Assembly: GCA_964016885.1 (NCBI GenBank)
Contig: OZ024741.1
Span: forward strand, 166,904,001 to 166,968,000
Source of the DNA: Eledone cirrhosa
Lineage: Eukaryota
Length of the DNA: 64,000 bases
Direction: 5' to 3'
Translations under genes and position numbers: made by a program
Shown: positions 13,601 through 29,168 of the stretch, piece by piece
How the letters are laid out: every line of letters starts with the position of its first letter
Numbering within the stretch: position 1 is the stretch's first letter
Notes under the pieces: generated by a model
Databases searched by the model: none
Told to the model about the DNA's origin: nothing
Seen by the model: only the letters and a program-made list of their open reading frames with translations

Positions 13601-14096
13601 TGAATAATTCTAAAAAATAGAAGTGAGTCTCCAGCGCGACTTCACCTATCCAGGACTTAATAAATGAGAACAAAAATAAATATTGAAAAAATACAAATAT
13701 AGACGTGAAAAAAATTTATTAGCCAAGGATAAAAAAAAAGTGGATTCAAATGTACAAAGAGAAGATTGAGTGACGTTCATGCCTTTCTGAAAAGTATTAA
13801 ACTGGAACCAAAACCCAATCACGGTGATTGGTTTGTCCGGATCTTACCTGTTATTTTACATCAGTAATTCTAATTGTGAAATGAAACGCTTCAGAGAAGT
13901 GTGATTTGAATAATTTTGGAGGATATTATATATTTTTTGAACATCAAACATGTTTTTATCTTGAGATGGGGGTAGGCATAAAATATTTTGAGGTGTCATG
14001 GTTGGGTATAGCGCACAAAAAAAAAAAAAAAAAAAATTAAGAATTTCTGCTCTAAACTATTAAGAGTTTTAAAGGACGTTCATAGTTTAAAATAAT

Positions 14097-14279
14097 TGTT
14101 TCTACTTTTGGCACAAGGCCAGCAATTATCCCAGTGCATTACTGGTACTTTATTTTATCGACCCCGTAAGGATGAAAGGCAAAGTTAACCTAGGCGGGAT
14201 TTGAACTCAGAATGGCAAGGGCCGTAACTCTATGCATCAAAGCATGGCGCCCAACCCTCTACCGATACTGCCAATCCAC
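14097..14279 (-). mobile_element. tRNA-derived SINE, full length with a 20-bp TSD
   Basis: A-box-like TGGCAGTATCGG, B-box GAGTTCAAATCC, central gcctttcatccttacggggtcgataaaataaagtaccag. TSD cgttcatagtttaaaataat at 14077-14096 and 14280-14299. Confidence 0.9.
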
Positions 14280-15144
14280 CGTTCATAGTTTAAAATAATA
14301 AATATAAATAAAGAACCGTAACTGATGATCATTTTGATGACGTTGTTAAATAACAACAATATAGACTTGAAAGAAATTGAAAAGATAACAAATATTACGA
14401 ATCTGGTCAACAGCACCTGACGACATGAAAATAATTCCAGCTGTCCTACGAGCTTTGGGGCCGGTACCACTTTCACTGAAAGGGTATCAAGTTACAAATT
14501 GCTCTCCTACAAAAGACTACTCTGGAAAATCTTCATTTCATTACTATATGGTTCTTATATGAAATTATGTTGGAAGATTTTAATTTAAATCCAAACCCCT
14601 GTGAATTGAGTGGTTTTGTTTCATAGAACCAGTGTCGGTATTAACCGGGTTGGTATGAAGAGGGTTTAAGCTAGCAAGGGATACTCTATATCGCAGCTTG
14701 ATATCGTAAACATATTAACCAGCTTCTCACGTACAAAATGAAATGAAGGACATATTTCACTATGTAGAACTATAGTGTCTTGAATGGAATACTTTTAACC
14801 AGAGGTATGCCTAATCAGGGCCGGTGTGGGCTACAAAACTTTATTAACGATGTATAAGATACTGATGTCCTCTGTAAAGTAGCTGGCTTCAAGGACAAAT
14901 CGTGAATCTTTACCAACACTAATTACGCAGTAAATCTAAGATTGTTATTTATTTCATTACAAGTTATAAATTACGCGTTAGAATATTTGAACTCATCAGC
15001 ATCCTCATCAGCACTATCATTATTATTATTATTATTATTATCATTATTATTATTAAGAAAATTACATTTAACTTTCGATTAGCGAAATATGTTAAAAAAA
15101 ACACTTTAGTAACAAAAAAAGAATTGCCCCCGCCCCATTGAATG

Positions 15145-15252
<108 letters not shown>

Positions 15253-16107
15253 CGGTTAAGATTTTTATGAAAAGCTTACTAAAATGATACATTTATATTG
15301 AAGTTAAATATTTAAAAAATATCTAGTTTATGTATAAATGTATCATATATATTTATGTATATATGTGTATGATATATATATATATATATATATACGTATA
15401 CATGTATGTATGTGTGTGTGTATGTGTGTGTGATTTGGCCATGATGAAGTCTATATATATATATATATGTATAGACTTCATCATGGCCAAATCATAAATC
15501 TTGCATATTTGGCTCTACCGTAATCTAATGTATAGTAACTATTTCAGTTCTCTACCTTCTGTTCATCACCACCATATTTTATCTTTGCCTTTTAATGTTT
15601 GCCAAATTCTCTCTTATCATATACCTTCCCAGTCAACATTATCAGGAGTTACGTTGGAACTGCTATAAAATACCAATAATACCAACTACAACAGAAACAA
15701 TAATAGAAATAATAATAATAATGATAATGATGATCATCATCATCATCCTGGTGATTTCTAATCTAGGCACAAGCTAAGCAATTGTAGGAAAGAGAAAGTC
15801 GATTATATCTACCTCATTACTTGACTGATACTTATTTGATCAAATCCGGCGGGGTTTGAACTCAGAACTTAAAGAGCTAGAATAAATACCGCAAGGACCT
15901 TTGTCCGATGCCCCAAATATTTTACCTTCCATAATAATGAATTCTAACATAGGCACTAGGCCCCAAGTTTAGGAGAAGGACATATTCGATTAAATCGACC
16001 TCAATAATTTAGTTATACATACATATATATATATATATATATACATACATATGTATGTATATGTGTATTCATGTATGTGTATACGAATGTGTATGTGTGC
16101 ATGTATG

Positions 16108-16179
<72 letters not shown>

Positions 16180-19100
16180 TGTGTGCGTGCGAGAGAGAGA
16201 TAAGTAGTAATAGTCAGGATTCTAGAAATGCACACTATATGCTCTTCCCCACCCCCATTAAAGTACCCAGCAGTTCTTTCACCATCCTCTTCCCCGTCTT
16301 GGGTACAGAACATCTGGTAGATTTTGATTACCTGCAGATACAGAGGGTGGAAAACGATGCGTAAATTTCCTTCCATCTTATTTACACGATACCACCACCA
16401 CCACCACCACCACCACCGCCATTTTGATATCTTATCTCTTACCATTTTCGGGGATTGTAAACATTCTTTTTCCCTATCTTTTAAACTGTTGTTGGAGGTC
16501 TGGTTTTAACTATTTCTTCTCTATTCCTATGTCGTCTGTCTAATTTATTTCATCCTTCTTATATTTTTATATTCTGTCTTCTTGGAATCCCATCTTCATT
16601 TAACTGTAAAAACAAACAAACATCCCCCATCATGAGTATTAGACTGATGTATTCAAATTTTACATCAAGAATATTTGACAGGAGTACACTTTATTTTCAA
16701 GGACATTAGCGGTACAAATGAAGTAAACTGGTTATACGAGGGACTCGAACAAAACTGAGTTTTAAATTTTGGTTTTTTCGCAACGTCCTCTAAGGGATTT
16801 TATACATGAACAAATACAGACTGTTCGTACTAGAGAACTCAAGTTTGCATCGCAAGATGAAAGTTTAAAAAACACGCCAGCTACTGTTCCTTTTTTAATC
16901 CACAATCGATTGCTATCCCTGCTCGATATATTAAGATAGAATAGATACTCTTCTCGTTCCATGTTATCTTGTATTCACCATGGCTTCTTGGTTGGTCTAT
17001 AATGAAATATTCAATTTCAGACGCTCCTCATTTTTAAAATGGACGCCATTAAAATCTGAATCTTAATACATGTGCATCAGTGGACTTTCCAGCTCTTTCT
17101 ATACCCCCTTTGCTACACTCTTACTCTACCTTCACTGTCTTTCGTATATATATATATAAGTATCGAATGTCCTAGGCTTTGTGTGTGTGTGTCTATATTA
17201 AGATATTTTCTCTCGAATATATTTTACAATAATTGACACCTAATGTCATTCTTACACTTTCTCTAATATTTGATTGTTTTCAAGTAAAATATATTAAGTC
17301 TGTTAATCTGCTATTTTTTTGCTCAACAAATATTTGTTTTGCAACGTTAATCTTTATAAAGATAAACCGGACAAAGATTCTAGAAGGTATTGTATCTCAG
17401 GAATACAGGGAAAAACCACTGAATATTTCATCTCTATGTAGTGATATTTAGAGCAAGTCAACTTGAAGTAGCCCTTAACTTTTCAATCTATATCCCCTCC
17501 ACCCCGTGAAAGGTTAAACTCTATACTACAAGAAGATGTAATGGAATGCTAGCGATGCTTTGCATAGCAGCAAGCTGTACGAAGCACTGTAGGTACTTAC
17601 AGCTAGGTAGATTTAATGATCGAACACATTGCAGTAATCATGAAAGATAAGAACTACTGACTGTTCGCTTCGTAGTCCGATATTATGTTGACTATCACCC
17701 CAGTTTTCACCATTAAATAATTAGCTGTTAATTGCATGTCTTTATAAGGTTACAGCAAAACTGTTTGAAATGTGATACTATAACTGGTTGTAGCTGTAGA
17801 CAGAGTACTACTACTACAACTGACGTGACTATATAGTTAATCATTCTAACCCGTGTTAAAAAGAATAAGTGAAAAGGATGAACATTCGATTAACGTTCTT
17901 CGAGATACAGTTTTGATTCTTGGATTTAACTATTTATATTACATTAAATCGCTGGTACCATCTCCCCTTTTAAAACAGCAACATTGTTATAATTTCTCAT
18001 GTCACTTCTCTCTCTCTCTCTTCTTTCTTCAAACCTGAAAATCTTGCACCCATATAAAACAATCAATGATGACGGACATAACAGCGACAGTAAAATTAGT
18101 ATTAAGGACATTGCAATATTTAGTAGTTACACCACCGTCGACATTATTTTCTCATACGTTCCACTGTTATTAAAATGATATCGGTAATCTATTTAATAAA
18201 TTGCATTGTTTCCAAACCCAATTGAATGGGCTCCATATCGATTTCTTTTCAATGGAAATAAAATGGCATAGACATTAGAGCAGAATTTCTTTCAGCTCTT
18301 TGCGTCCTGAGTTCAAATTTCACCGAGATCAACTTTGCTTTCGTACTTTCGGATTAACATTCTGGTAAAGTTAATCGGTTGTCGTCAGGTATAGAGATAT
18401 CGGATTACCCTTGCTTCACCCTACCTCCGGATTTCAGATTACCCCTCCAAATCCTTTCAACCATTTTACGATCATGTGTTTAAACAATAAATATATCATG
18501 AGTTGTAAGCATTAGACATATCATTTTAGGAAAATGAAAGAGGGGGATAATATGAACAACAGAGTTGGAATAATTTGAAATCACATTCAGGCTAACCCCA
18601 GAGAGTAGGATGGGGCTTTGTAATATGAAAGTGATTTCAGATTACTGGAAGATAACTTTAACAAACTCCACTCTATTGCTAGCATTCAGGCCAGGTCCGT
18701 TGTCTGAAGATAATTCTCTCCCTTCCTCTCACCTGTCTGGGAGGCGCTGAAAAAATATAAAAAGGTGGGAGGTCAATATACGCCCCCACCCCACCCCGAT
18801 TGATAAGTAAAAAAAAAAAAATTAAGCTAAGTGTAATTGAATACTACGTGCTAAAATAAAACAAAACAACTAAGAAGTAATTGAATCTAAAGATAAAAAG
18901 GAATAATTCAATTTATGGAATTTCTTAATCAATTAGAACGATTTATTTGGACTGAAAAAAGCTGTTCAGCTGACAGACTTGCATGAAGATATATAGGTAA
19001 CTTAATCTGAGACATATTTGGTGGTGCCTTGAAGAGAGACCGGGATAGAATTACGGTTCACAACATTTATACATCTATGGTGATTCATTTCTGGCTGCTG

Positions 19101-19962
19101 ACTGGCTTGCCTGCCTTTTGGTATCACCATCAGCAGCTGTCGAAGTGCATTACTTAAAGATAATAATACCCACCTAAGCTACTATTATTACTACTGCTAA
19201 TACTACCACTAACCTATTCACTGTAACTTGATACTCTAACAAAAGCTTGGAGTTACCTAAGCTTATTCACTTGAAATTTTCTACAAACCATTATTTCTTT
19301 CTTTTTTCCTTCTTTCCCTCATTCCTTTATTTCTTTCCTTTTTCGTTTTTCTCTTCTATCATCGCCATCATAATCATCTCCATCAACGAGATTATTATTA
19401 TTATCCCCTACATGTCAGCCCTTGTGGCCAAAAATGAAATCATTATTATTAATATTATTATTCGACTGGTATTTATTTAGTTATGACTTTCTACGTTCTA
19501 AGTTCAAATCCAGCCGTGACCAACGTTGCCTTAAATCTTCACGGGGTCGGTAAAATAAAATATCAATTAAGTACTGATATATTTAAATTGAAATCGATAT
19601 AGGTATTCAAATTTCCCCTCCCCTTAAAGTACTGGGCTTGTGCCTAAGGTAGAAATCATCATCATCATCAGTAGTAGTAGTAGTAGTAGTAGTAGTAGCA
19701 GTAGTAGTAGCAGCCAAGATGAGCTCCCTGTCATTCCGAGCTTGACTGATAAAATTTCTGGTTTCCATTTCAAGTCGGTATAATTTCATTTCGCTAACGT
19801 CACCAATATTTCTTAGAATTTCCTGACATACATGGGATATGAACTTCATTGAAATATGGACTGATAGATTTAGTTGATCATATTGGTTCCTCTACATATT
19901 TCAGTCTGATGCTTATTTTATCCATTTCTATTTTATCTACCTTTCCTATCCTCTCTCTCTCT

Positions 19963-20017
<55 letters not shown>

Positions 20018-22821
20018 ATGTGTGTGTGTTTGTGCAGAGGACCAGTATCAAAATCCTTTCTATAGCAATAAGTTGTACAGAAAATAATTATATTTCCTCT
20101 GTACAAGATGGTAGACAATGACATAGCTTAAAAGACCCAGAAAAGCTATGGTACACAACTAGTAGGCCTTTGCAAAGCTAGTAGTAGACCCAAGTAAATT
20201 GTCAAATAAAGGCATTATTGCAAATTCCTCGATAGTATTCTAATAATCAGTGCTAAAGACGTTCTAACGACATTACCAATAGTATTGTCGAAGACGGTTA
20301 TGGGCTCGTCTGGATATCTTTAGTTTAAATCAGTCTGGATTAAATCCTGTCAGATTAAGCTAAACTAAATGATCACGGAAACGCTTTTGTAACTAATTAA
20401 AGAATAATTGCTACAGTAGCAACAACAAAAAATAAATAGAATAAAATAAAATGAATTTTTAGACACAATCAAAGAGAGAAAATTTAAGTTATTTAGACAT
20501 TTGATTAGAAAAAAATATGGTTTAGAGAAACGCTTGATAGATAACAGGAGACGAATTGGTATAATCGTTAGAAAGTCGAATAAAATGCTTTGCGGCAGTC
20601 ATTTCAGCTCTCTCCGTTATTAGTTCAAAACTTTGTCTTCCACCCATTCTAGGTCGATAAAAGTACCGATAAAAGTACCTCTATATCTTTTTTTCATTTT
20701 CTGTCTACCATTAACCCTTCTCTGGGAGAAATTGGTTGTGTTCAGACATGGAGAGGAAATAGGCTCCTCCAGGTTTAAAATGTTGAGATATATGTCATTT
20801 CGGCACCCCTGTGACTCCATCAGAAGTTACGGGTCCTTACATACACATACATAAATTGATAGCTATTAAATTGAATGGCTAGAGAGGAAAAGGAAAACCA
20901 AGAATTAAGCAGATCTATATTACCAAGAACTGGACAAGTAGTCTCTATTACACTTCCTATGGTTAAAAAACTTAGCAACGAAAATAAAGTTTTCAGTAAT
21001 AAACAGTGTCGTTATTTGACAAATAATAACATAAGAGTATTTGAGAATAATTTATTTTATATACTTTAATTATTGTGTGCCTCCGTTCACTAATAAATAA
21101 TGTTTTATTTGTATATTAAATATATGTAGTAAACTATTTGAAATCATTATAAAATACAAAATATTAAATCATTTGACTGAAAATAAACTATCTAATTATA
21201 TGTGAGAGGAATACAGAGAATTGTTGGTCGGTGTACTCATATTTCAAAAATGTACATCTTTATCAAGCTCTGTCATATGTACTATCCTAAGTACCTCTCT
21301 GACATTCACGTAAATTCAATATAATCTATAAAGGAACGAAAAGTAAAACCGTAGAGACAGAAATATTGTGAGATTTGGGTTAAATTCAACCTTCTGTACA
21401 GCATGTTACCATATTAGCAATGCAGTCTTGAAAAGTAGAAAACAGCACTATAACTGGATCACATTAAAAATTAGTCTTTAGTTTAAGGCAAGTTTTCACA
21501 ATGATCTGTCCACTAGTAAAGATACTATAAACATTTGAATTAAACCTGTTTTTAAATATTTTCAGCTAAATCATTATATGGTGTTAATAGTTAATCAAAG
21601 AAAATTAGCCACGTACATAGAAAGGAATGGCGAAATTAAGTCCTGTTAGTATTTGAGTGATGGGGTGACGAATATCGACAGCTGTAACATTTATCTTTGT
21701 CAAATATTTCTAAATTAAGCACAGTACTGATGATTGGAACTGTGTCGCGGAATAGTATTAAAAGATCATTTTTAATTTTGAAACATTTAATGATCTTGCC
21801 TCAAATCCGGGCCAGGTCTCCTGTCTGAGGATAATTACTTCTCTCTCCATCAACAGTCACATGACCCTGAAAATGGGTCATGGAGATTTCTTTTCCCCTC
21901 TATGTCTTTAAAAATAAAATTGATGTTGGTTACTCAATGGTGTATGTTTAAATCAACACCGGGTTCATAGATGTAAGACGAATGGAGGAATTACCTATAA
22001 TACGCTGGACATCAATTCAATCAACTATATTCTTTTCCTACAACATATATTGTGTCTAAATCAATGATTACAGCATGAAAAAATTTGTCTTTAATTCATT
22101 CAATGTTATTAGATGTTAGATAAGAAATATCAATAAAAAAAAACTCCAGTGATTTAGCGGCATTTGTTTTATTGATAAATATAGAATGGGGCTGAAAATA
22201 CGAAGGAAAAACAGGTCAGCAGACATTAAAATCTTATTATAAAGGTCTTGACTATACTTCATTGGATAGAGAAGGGAAGATAAATCCTATTAAATCAGCA
22301 ATGTCCTCTGAGATAGTGAAGTAATGCTGTTGGCAACATAAATAAGTGTTTTAAATACTGACAGGGTAACATAAGTTGTGAAATATTGATATATTGCCTA
22401 GGAACAAGGTCACGTTTTTGTTTTATAAAAAGAGAATATAGTCTATTGGTATAAACAATGTAGTATGGGTGGTAAGCGACATAGGCTCAATACGTGACTG
22501 AGCTATTTCATCTTAATTACTGATGTCTTGTAGTTAAGAACATGGAAATAGATTGAATTCATTAGGCTGAATTGCCCTTCCTACAACACAGGAAGACCAA
22601 TCTTTATAGGGGACTCAAAGAACCACTGACGATGACCAAACAGGTTTAATACGGTCGGCTGAATTGGCAGAATAGGTAGAACACTGGATAACTTATGGTA
22701 CTTAGTTACATCTCAGCATGCTCTGATTTCAATTCCCCCCTCAAAATAGATGCCAGTCGTCTACTCTGTCTCATGTAATCAGTAGTTTCTACCTGCTTCA
22801 TATATACAACTCCTTACCTAT

Positions 22822-23031
22822 AATGGTTTCTGATTTAGACACAAGGCCAACAATTTTAGGGAAGGGGAAAGTCGATTAAATCGACCCCAGTGCATTACTG
22901 GTGCTAAACCCCGTAAGGATGAAAAGCAAAGTTAACTTCGGTGGGATTTGAACTCAGAACGTAAAATGCTGTAACTCTATGTTGCAAAGCATGGTGTCCG
23001 ACGCTCTACCGATTCTGCCAATCCACCGCCC
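22822..23031 (-). mobile_element. tRNA-derived SINE, same family
   Basis: Full-length match to the other copies; flanking ctccttacctat duplication. Confidence 0.85.
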
Positions 23032-23906
23032 TTCTCCTTACCTATTATAATAATAATCAATATAGTTTAATTAATTTACATTGACGTAGCAATGAAATAA
23101 TTGACCATTTTTCGTAGATATCAAAAGCAAACCAGTGAAGAGGAAGCAGCATAAAGGTTTCGATCTTGTCACTTTCCATCGTTTCAGTTACACCACTTAG
23201 TACCACAAATAATATATTTTAAAATAGGTGATTACTATATCAAGTTTGTATACAATTTTGAATTAATTTCGGACTGCTGCTGAAAATTACTGTTATTTGG
23301 TATAAAACGTTAACTCTGTCTAGTTCTCTATCAAAGCTGACACCTGGAGTTAATATAATCTTAGTGCGTCGGATTAAAAATATCTCAGTATTTGTTCCAA
23401 CTCATTGCGCTCTGGGTTTAAATCCCGCCAAGGCCAACTTTACCTTTCATTCTTCCACGGCCAATAAATAACTTATCGGTCCGGTACTGGGGTCGATTTT
23501 CCTTTATTTCTTACATTGTCTCAGTAAGAAATCGACTCTGATCCGATCTGGCGATAAATGGGTTGCGCCAGATTAAAATGGTCATGGCACGCCGCATGTC
23601 ATGACTCCATCAGGAGTTAAGGGCCCTTTAATATAGTTGAGATGCCACTTGACATAGCAGTGTAGCAGAATTCCTCTTTCTTTCTCACTTACATGGAACT
23701 GTGCTTCTCTAAACAAACTGTTGCGTTATTTATATATTCACAGCATCATCTTATGAGTTTAATACCAGCTGCTCTTGAAGCTCAAACGAAGATTGGTTGA
23801 GCGGATAAATTATTAGAGAGTCAGTTCAAGGTTCAACTCAACGTTGTGAATTCAACCCCACTGCTGTCTCTCACTCTTTCTCTCTTTCACCCTTTTTCTC
23901 TCGCAC

Positions 23907-23979
<73 letters not shown>

Positions 23980-24575
23980 TCTCCTTATCTCTGTGCGCAG
24001 GGCTCATCACTTTATATGCCTTATCTCACCTAGTGAGATGCCAGGATAGGCAGGCCTGGATTAAACATTAAACAATATTATCTGGATGCACCAAGGGAAC
24101 GGGAGACCTACAGTGACTTTTATCTAGTGTTGGATTAACCATGATGCAACTAGTACAGCATGATGCAACAGGGACTCAGTTGCCATGGTTATAAGTAAAT
24201 AATTTATTTATACTATTTACTGCCGTTTAGTGTTAAATAAAGATTTAAAAAACCTGGTTATATTTAATCTAGTTTAGGAGTTGGGTGGGAAGAAAACATT
24301 CAGCAATTATGTTTTAATATATTTTCAGTTAGACAATGAAAGGGTGGAAGGGTAGTCATTGTTGAAGTATAATTAGGGTAGAGGTTGACCTTAATCTTGA
24401 GGATAGGTATCAGATTTTCTACCAATATTCTTAGGAATCATTGGCTGTGTTGTGGTTGAGAGTGGAGTGACAGAAACAGAATCAGACAGTATCGATGTCC
24501 GACGGTGTTCAATTAGATTTTTATAAGTACCAGTAATATCGATTCAATCGAATATGTAATCCCCCCCCCCCTTGT

Positions 24576-24750
24576 AATAATTGTTTCTACTTTTGGCACA
24601 AGGCCAGCAATTACCTCAGTGCATTACTGGTACTTTATTTTATAGACCCTTTAAGGATGAAAGGCAAAGTTAACCTCGGCGGGATTTGAACTCAGAAGGT
24701 AAAGGACCGTAACTCTATGCTGCAAAGCCTGGCATCCGACCCTCTACCGA
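24576..24750 (-). mobile_element. tRNA-derived SINE, followed by an older diverged copy
   Basis: Match to the family consensus seen elsewhere in the window. Confidence 0.85.
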
Positions 24751-25470
24751 TAATTTTGGCACAAATCTATCAATTTTGGGATGGTGGTGGAGGTGGTGGA
24801 GGAGTAGTCAATTATATCAACCTCAGTATTTGACTGGTACTTTATCATACCTCGGGAGGATGAGTTGCAAAGTTGACTTCGGTTTAATTTGAACTTAGAG
24901 CATAGTGAGGCGGAACAAATACAGAAGCATTGAATCCATTGTCATGACAACTCCTACCTTTGACTTGAGATAATAAAATCAATATATTTAGCCATCATGT
25001 CCTTCGCAGGGAAAGTAACAAACCATATATTTGATGGATATTTCAGCAGATATTTTTGGCGTTTTAGTAATAGGTTTAAGTTATTTTATATTATTTAAGG
25101 ATCTTGTTTATTGAAATTACCTGTTAAATAATTTGCTATTGAATTGAAAGTTCCAATGCATGTTAGCCCACACGTGTATAGTTATAAATATATCAGCCAC
25201 TTAAAATAAACTAAGGGTATGGGCATATCTAAAAAGGTCACACACAAACTCATACATATATATATATATAGATACATACATACACACACACACATATATA
25301 TATATATATTTATATATATACACACACATATATATATGAGTTTGTGTCAGTACCCATACATATATATAGATACACACAAACACACACATACACATATATG
25401 CGCATGTGTGTGTGTATGTATATATATATATATATGTGTGTGTGTGTATTCACATACACAAACTCATATA

Positions 25471-25505
<35 letters not shown>

Positions 25506-26400
25506 CGAGAAGTATGTATCAAATATCGGGAGGCAACGTGTTGTTTCTGCTGCCAAATAGGTAAGAATCTGTTTCCTCAGTTGAGCTCGGACTTATTTAT
25601 AGTCGAAGCATCATCCTAGTTTCTCATCACCATAAATGGCAGTCAGGAATACTACTTACATCTGCTCAGCTAGCTACCACGGACGGTGTGTAAGTGGATG
25701 TATGTGTGTGTATGTGTGGAACAGGCTTCTACTTATCAGCTACTGACGGAGCACCACCCACCACCACCACCACTACTACTACTCCACCCCAACTCCCAAC
25801 CCTTCATGCCTGTTGCTGCTGATACTGTGGGGGAAGGGAGGGGGCCCACCCGTTCTTAGTTGCCGCTGAACACCATTCACTCCTCTTCCACCACCAACAC
25901 CACTCTCTCCTCCGCCACCAACACTCCTCTCTCTCCGCCTCCACGACCAACACCACTCACTTTTCCGTCACCAACACCCCTTTCTCCGCCTCCACCAAAA
26001 GCCCTCTCTCCGCCTCCACCAAAAGCCCTCACTCCACCACCAAACATTCTGATTACCCATCCATTGCTATACATCTATCTATAAAGAAAATGTCATGGAT
26101 TCTTCAGTTTTCACGTTCTCTAAATTTTTGCTGCTACCCTATCATTGCTATCATTCTCATCATCATCATCACCATCACCATCGTCGCCATTTTCTTCATC
26201 ATCACTATTACTATCATCATCAGTGTTGTCGTCGTTATCTTCTTCATCAAATTCATCATTTTCATTTTCATCGTCACCATCATCATCATCTCCATCATCT
26301 GCATTGCTGCTACCACTACTATTATTATTTTATCTATCTTTACCAACTAAAAAATTATATTAAATATATCAAGCATTTTACTCCCTACCTCCACCACATT

Positions 26401-26489
<89 letters not shown>

Positions 26490-26519
26490 TTGTATGTATG
26501 TATGTGCATGTGTATGGTG

Positions 26520-26557
<38 letters not shown>

Positions 26558-26776
26558 TTACGTATGCAACAGTTTTTCTCCATATTTTAATTCCAGACAT
26601 TTTTCCTAAAATATATTAATAATAATAATAATAATACTAATATTGATAAGAATGGTGATTTAGATGGCGTATATAGTAGTGCTAGTACCTTCACGTTGAA
26701 CAGAGTGACGCCTATTGTAATGGAGAATATAGCACTCTGAAGGTATTTGTGAAAGTTAGCAGACTATAAAAATAGC

Positions 26777-26820
<44 letters not shown>

Positions 26821-26821
<1 letters not shown>

Positions 26822-27237
26822 CTGCTAATTTATATGTCCGTTCCAATAGACAAGAATGTATCTATAAAAACATTTGAAAAATTGAGCAAGTATAAGGACC
26901 TGGAGATAGAAATTGGAAAAATGTGGAAATTGAGAACTAAAACAATACCAGTGGTTGTAGGCGTTCTGGGAATGATACCTAAGGGGTCTAATGATTACTT
27001 ATCGCAAATCCCAGGAAACCCGCGTATAGGAGAAATACAAAAGATAGTACTAATGGGAACTGCCCATATACTAAGGAAGATTCTGTCAATATAAGTACAT
27101 CACAAGTCTAAACACTAAGGATGCATGTGTGAGTATGTATGTTCTTTCTTGAACATGGCGGACCTTGTTGTCTCTTGAGGTCACTGGTTGTGACTTGGTG
27201 ATAACTCGTATGAACATGAAGCAAGATAAATGCAACT
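26821..27237 (+). mobile_element. 5'-truncated R4/Dong-like non-LTR retrotransposon (REL endonuclease C-terminus + 3'UTR)
   Basis: Peptide SVPIDKNVSIKTFEKLSKYKDLEIEI..MW...TIPVVVGVLG...IQKIVLMGTAHILRK; (TAA)n on both sides. Confidence 0.8.
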
Positions 27238-27262
27238 GTAATAATAATAATAATAATAATAA

Positions 27263-28010
27263 TTTCTTTATTGGCCACACAGGGCTCACATTAAGGAAAC
27301 ATTAAAGACGATACAAGACGATACAGTGTGGGTTTTTTTTGGTGTAAAATAAAATTTATAAAAGAGACTAAGAAAATAAACATTTAAAACAAACATAACA
27401 AATTGCCCAACGTTGATGAAACTCTAAGGGTCACTTGTCTAGAAATCCCACAAAAGCCACAGTCACCCTGTCCACTAGGGCAAAGTGCCCTCTCCCAGTC
27501 TTTCTAGTCCAATCTACAGGTGTATGCTCAAGGCAGGCCCATTCACACGGACCATGCTCACCATTTTCTCCCACTTTTCAACAAACTGGTTGGAAGGCAG
27601 CACTCCCCTCTCCACCCTGATTTTCCTCTAATAATAAAATATACTATTCTTCTTCCTCTTAAGAATAATTAAATTAAATAAACTCTTCTTCTTCTTAAGA
27701 CCCGGCTGATAGCCGGAGTTGTCCACCAGGTGACAGCAGTTGCATGACACGAGTTCACAAGTCTGCTATGTGATACACAGTGTGATAGCATACAGGACGG
27801 TTTCATCAACCCGTTTGCATCTTGATAATGCCCTCCTATAGTACAGCCATGCCATGGTTTTTGAAAATTGTTGATAATACCCGACCTGGAAGTCCCCAGG
27901 AAGAGTCTGCTCCAACTGACATGGCCGACACCTAAAGTAACGCCCAGCATATCGTAACCCATACAATCTACTAAGCCTCTGTAGAAAACAAGCGTTGTAG
28001 TTTTAAGATT
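27263..28010 (-). mobile_element. Decayed L1/Tx1-like LINE 3' fragment
   Basis: Frameshifted peptides including RCKRVDETVLYAITLC, resembling the ORF2 C-terminal zinc knuckle. Confidence 0.4.
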
Positions 28011-28069
28011 GTCTATCCTAGCAACACATATTTCTACAATAGTAACGCTTGGAAGACATTATATTGAAT

Positions 28070-28258
28070 CGGTGGATTGGCAGTATCGGTAGAGGGTCTG
28101 ACGCCATGCTTTGCAGCAAAGAGTTACGGTCGTTTAGGATTTGAGGTCAAATCCCGCCGAGGTTAACTTTGCCTTTCATCCTTACGGGGTCGATAAAATA
28201 AAGTACCAGTATTACACTGGAATAATTGCTGGCCTTGTGCCAAAAGTAGAAACAATTA
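28070..28258 (+). mobile_element. tRNA-derived SINE
   Basis: cggtggattggcagtatcggtagag...gtagaaacaatt. Confidence 0.88.
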
Positions 28259-28307
28259 AAAAAGTAGTAACGATTAAAAAACAGCAAGAACAAAATCTAC
28301 CCACCCC

Positions 28308-28366
<59 letters not shown>

Positions 28367-28743
28367 ATGCATATTCTATAATTAGGCTACTAAATTTAGA
28401 GTTACCTAACGTGAATTTCAGTTTCAGACTTCAGCGTAAGGTGGTATGCTCACCCTTTCAATAAAGGGCAAACTGTCGGTGGAGCGAATTCTTTTCATGT
28501 CAAAATATTTACGCTCTTTATCATAAGTAGAAGTACAAAGGGGTTAAATACTGTTACTGTTAATAATTGTTTCTACTTTAGGCACAAGGCCAGCAATTAC
28601 CCAGAGTGCATTACTGGTACTTTATTTTATCGACCCCGTAAGGATGAAAGGCAAAGTTAACCTCGGCAATAATAATCTGATTTTAATTTCGTCTTGATAT
28701 AAAGTTATTTGTATGATAAGGGCAGATATTTCAAGTTTAAATA

Positions 28744-28786
<43 letters not shown>

Positions 28787-28868
28787 ACATACACACTGAC
28801 ATACACACACAAGGTAGCAAGGGATGTGTGTGTGTATGTGCGTATGTGTGTATATGCATGTACGTATG

Positions 28869-28947
<79 letters not shown>

Positions 28948-29111
28948 ATGTGTTTATGTATATATATATATATATATACACACACATGTACATACTGATA
29001 TTATGCACATTCCCTATACCATAAATATATATAAGCACTTATATTAGTATACATAAATTATTTAGTGTGTGAAGACTTCTGATTATATCCCTGATTTTTC
29101 CCAACTACATA

Positions 29112-29168
<57 letters not shown>

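Noticed and set aside
26090-26363. His/Ile/Ser-rich ORFs
   Set aside because: Degenerate (CAT)n microsatellite within ELC intron 2.
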